Source: an uncultured virus (IMG/VR IMGVR_UViG_3300028840_006692) (Duplodnaviria > Heunggongvirae > Uroviricota > Caudoviricetes). Taken from it: DNA of 64,000 nt. Below, in pieces: positions 62,897 through 64,000 of the stretch; position 1 is the stretch's first letter, and each line of letters starts with the position of its first letter. The position numbers and the translations under genes are program-made. The notes beneath the pieces are model-generated. The model saw only the letters and a list, made by a program, of their open reading frames with translations, ran no database searches and was not told where the DNA came from. Location of the stretch: IMG/VR virus record IMGVR_UViG_3300028840_006692. One strand, 5' to 3'.

Positions 62897-64000
62897 GTCT
62901 TGATTTTGCTGGGCTGTAGGCCCACATGATGAGAGCTAAGTGCCTACGGGTGGGAAGGCCATCTTGGAAAAGCGGTTCTCCGCGTTGCTGCACCTGCGCA
63001 AGATGTCTGGCCACGAAGGCTTCTCGCTTTTGCACCCATGTCTCTGATAGACTACCAGGAACCCCCGATCGTCGATAGGCTGTCAGAAACCCTCTGGGAC
63101 TTCTGGCGACCTGGGACACTCCAAGCTCTGCGGCGAGCGGTTCCCATCGTTCGACCTCTCGCAATGTCAGCCACGGATATGGATTTGGTGTGCTGCGTGT
63201 ATAGCGTTGCTTTGGCGCAAATTTCCATTTCCAAAGGCTGTAGGCTCCGAGGGCTGCAGCCCCGGTCAAAAGTGCCACCATGGGTCCGCTGAGGCCCCCA
63301 TGCGCCTTTTCTTCGCCGGGATAGGTCCTTGCAGCCATCCATGGAGCACCGTAGAAGCTCATGTAGGGCGTGGCAATCTTTAGCACGTGGTACCCGTGGG
63401 GATCTTGCCCTGGTGGGTCTTCGTAGTGGAACCACAGGAAATTACCCTTGGCTTTGGCAAATGTCGGTGGGGCGACACCAGGGGGAACCACCGGCGTCCA
63501 TTCTGTGCCCCCCACTGCGTCCCAAACGTGTTGGAGGCACAGCGCACCCGAGGTGAGAAAATACTCGGTGCGTTGGCCTGTGCTGGGGGACGGTCCCCAG
63601 TATCGGATGGTTTGCCCGTAGGGTCCGTTGGTGGTGGCCACTAGGAGCTTTCCGCTTTCTGGGTTAACTGCTTCCCGGGCGTATTCGAGAAACCCCTGCT
63701 TGGGCTCCGTAGCTGTGCCCCCCTGGAAGCATGCATCGGCAAGGTGCACGTAGCTTACCCTCGCGCGGTCTTGGGGATTTTTGAGAAACGCATTGGCAAA
63801 TCCGTGAAACGCGGAGAAGCCACCGATGCCAAGACTGCCGAGCTGGGTGGGATCGATGCCGGCGGTCTCCGCCATCGTCGGCCAGGCGTACCCAAGCGGG
63901 GCCTCAAACTGTTTGTAGATCTGGAAATTGGCGCTTGAGCCGTTGGCTCCCCTCGTCAACACCTTGGTGGGTGTTTGCCATGTGATCTCTCGAGCTTGCT
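62880..64000 (-). CDS. Alpha/beta-hydrolase-fold protein with TM helix and appended C-terminal domain (5' end outside window)
   Basis: LGIGGFSAF, VHLADAC, DPH; TM MVALLTGAAALGAYSLW; the frame stays open to the window end. Confidence 0.6.
   Translation of the reverse strand, partial: QAREITWQTPTKVLTRGANGSSANFQIYKQFEAPLGYAWPTMAETAGIDPTQLGSLGIGGFSAFHGFANAFLKNPQDRARVSYVHLADACFQGGTATEPKQGFLEYAREAVNPESGKLLVATTNGPYGQTIRYWGPSPSTGQRTEYFLTSGALCLQHVWDAVGGTEWTPVVPPGVAPPTFAKAKGNFLWFHYEDPPGQDPHGYHVLKIATPYMSFYGAPWMAARTYPGEEKAHGGLSGPMVALLTGAAALGAYSLWKWKFAPKQRYTRSTPNPYPWLTLREVERWEPLAAELGVSQVARSPRGFLTAYRRSGVPGSLSETWVQKREAFVARHLAQVQQRGEPLFQDGLPTRRHLALIMWAYSPAKSRLTRTP

Noticed and set aside
1..64000. tRNA, rRNA, att sites or host chromosomal flanks
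   Set aside because: None recognised by eye; intergenic gaps are short and gene content looks viral throughout. A tRNAscan or Infernal run is needed to exclude small RNAs.

Overview
The window is a gene-dense, mostly minus-strand segment of a large dsDNA bacterial virus (or provirus); ORFs run off both ends. The left ~23 kb looks like a virion module, but I see no recognisable terminase, portal, HK97 capsid, tape measure or tail tube. It instead encodes three spike/fibre proteins sharing an N-terminal motif, many Pro/Gly-rich proteins with a C-terminal TM helix and basic tail (some with LysM, glucosaminidase-like or transglutaminase-like domains), a Lys/Arg-rich core-like protein and three candidate capsid-shell genes. 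By inference this suggests a tailless, membrane-containing virion. The middle (23-39 kb) holds regulators, two tyrosine recombinases (one degenerate), RusA, a DNA methylase, ThyX, a Tad2/DUF2829-like protein, an SGNH esterase, an ART-like protein and a phosphatase. The 39-49 kb region is a replication module: SSB, UDG-PolA fusion, primase, DnaB helicase, an initiator-like gene with internal iterons and a degenerate SF2 helicase. The right end has three consecutive modular proteins sharing a ~90-aa C-terminal domain (one carries two tandem beta-clamp-like units), a SNF2 helicase, a second methylase and a tail-anchored lytic transglycosylase. A sigma70-region-4 protein of a type I associate with Myxococcota hints at the host. 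All family assignments come from motif recognition by eye, not database searches.
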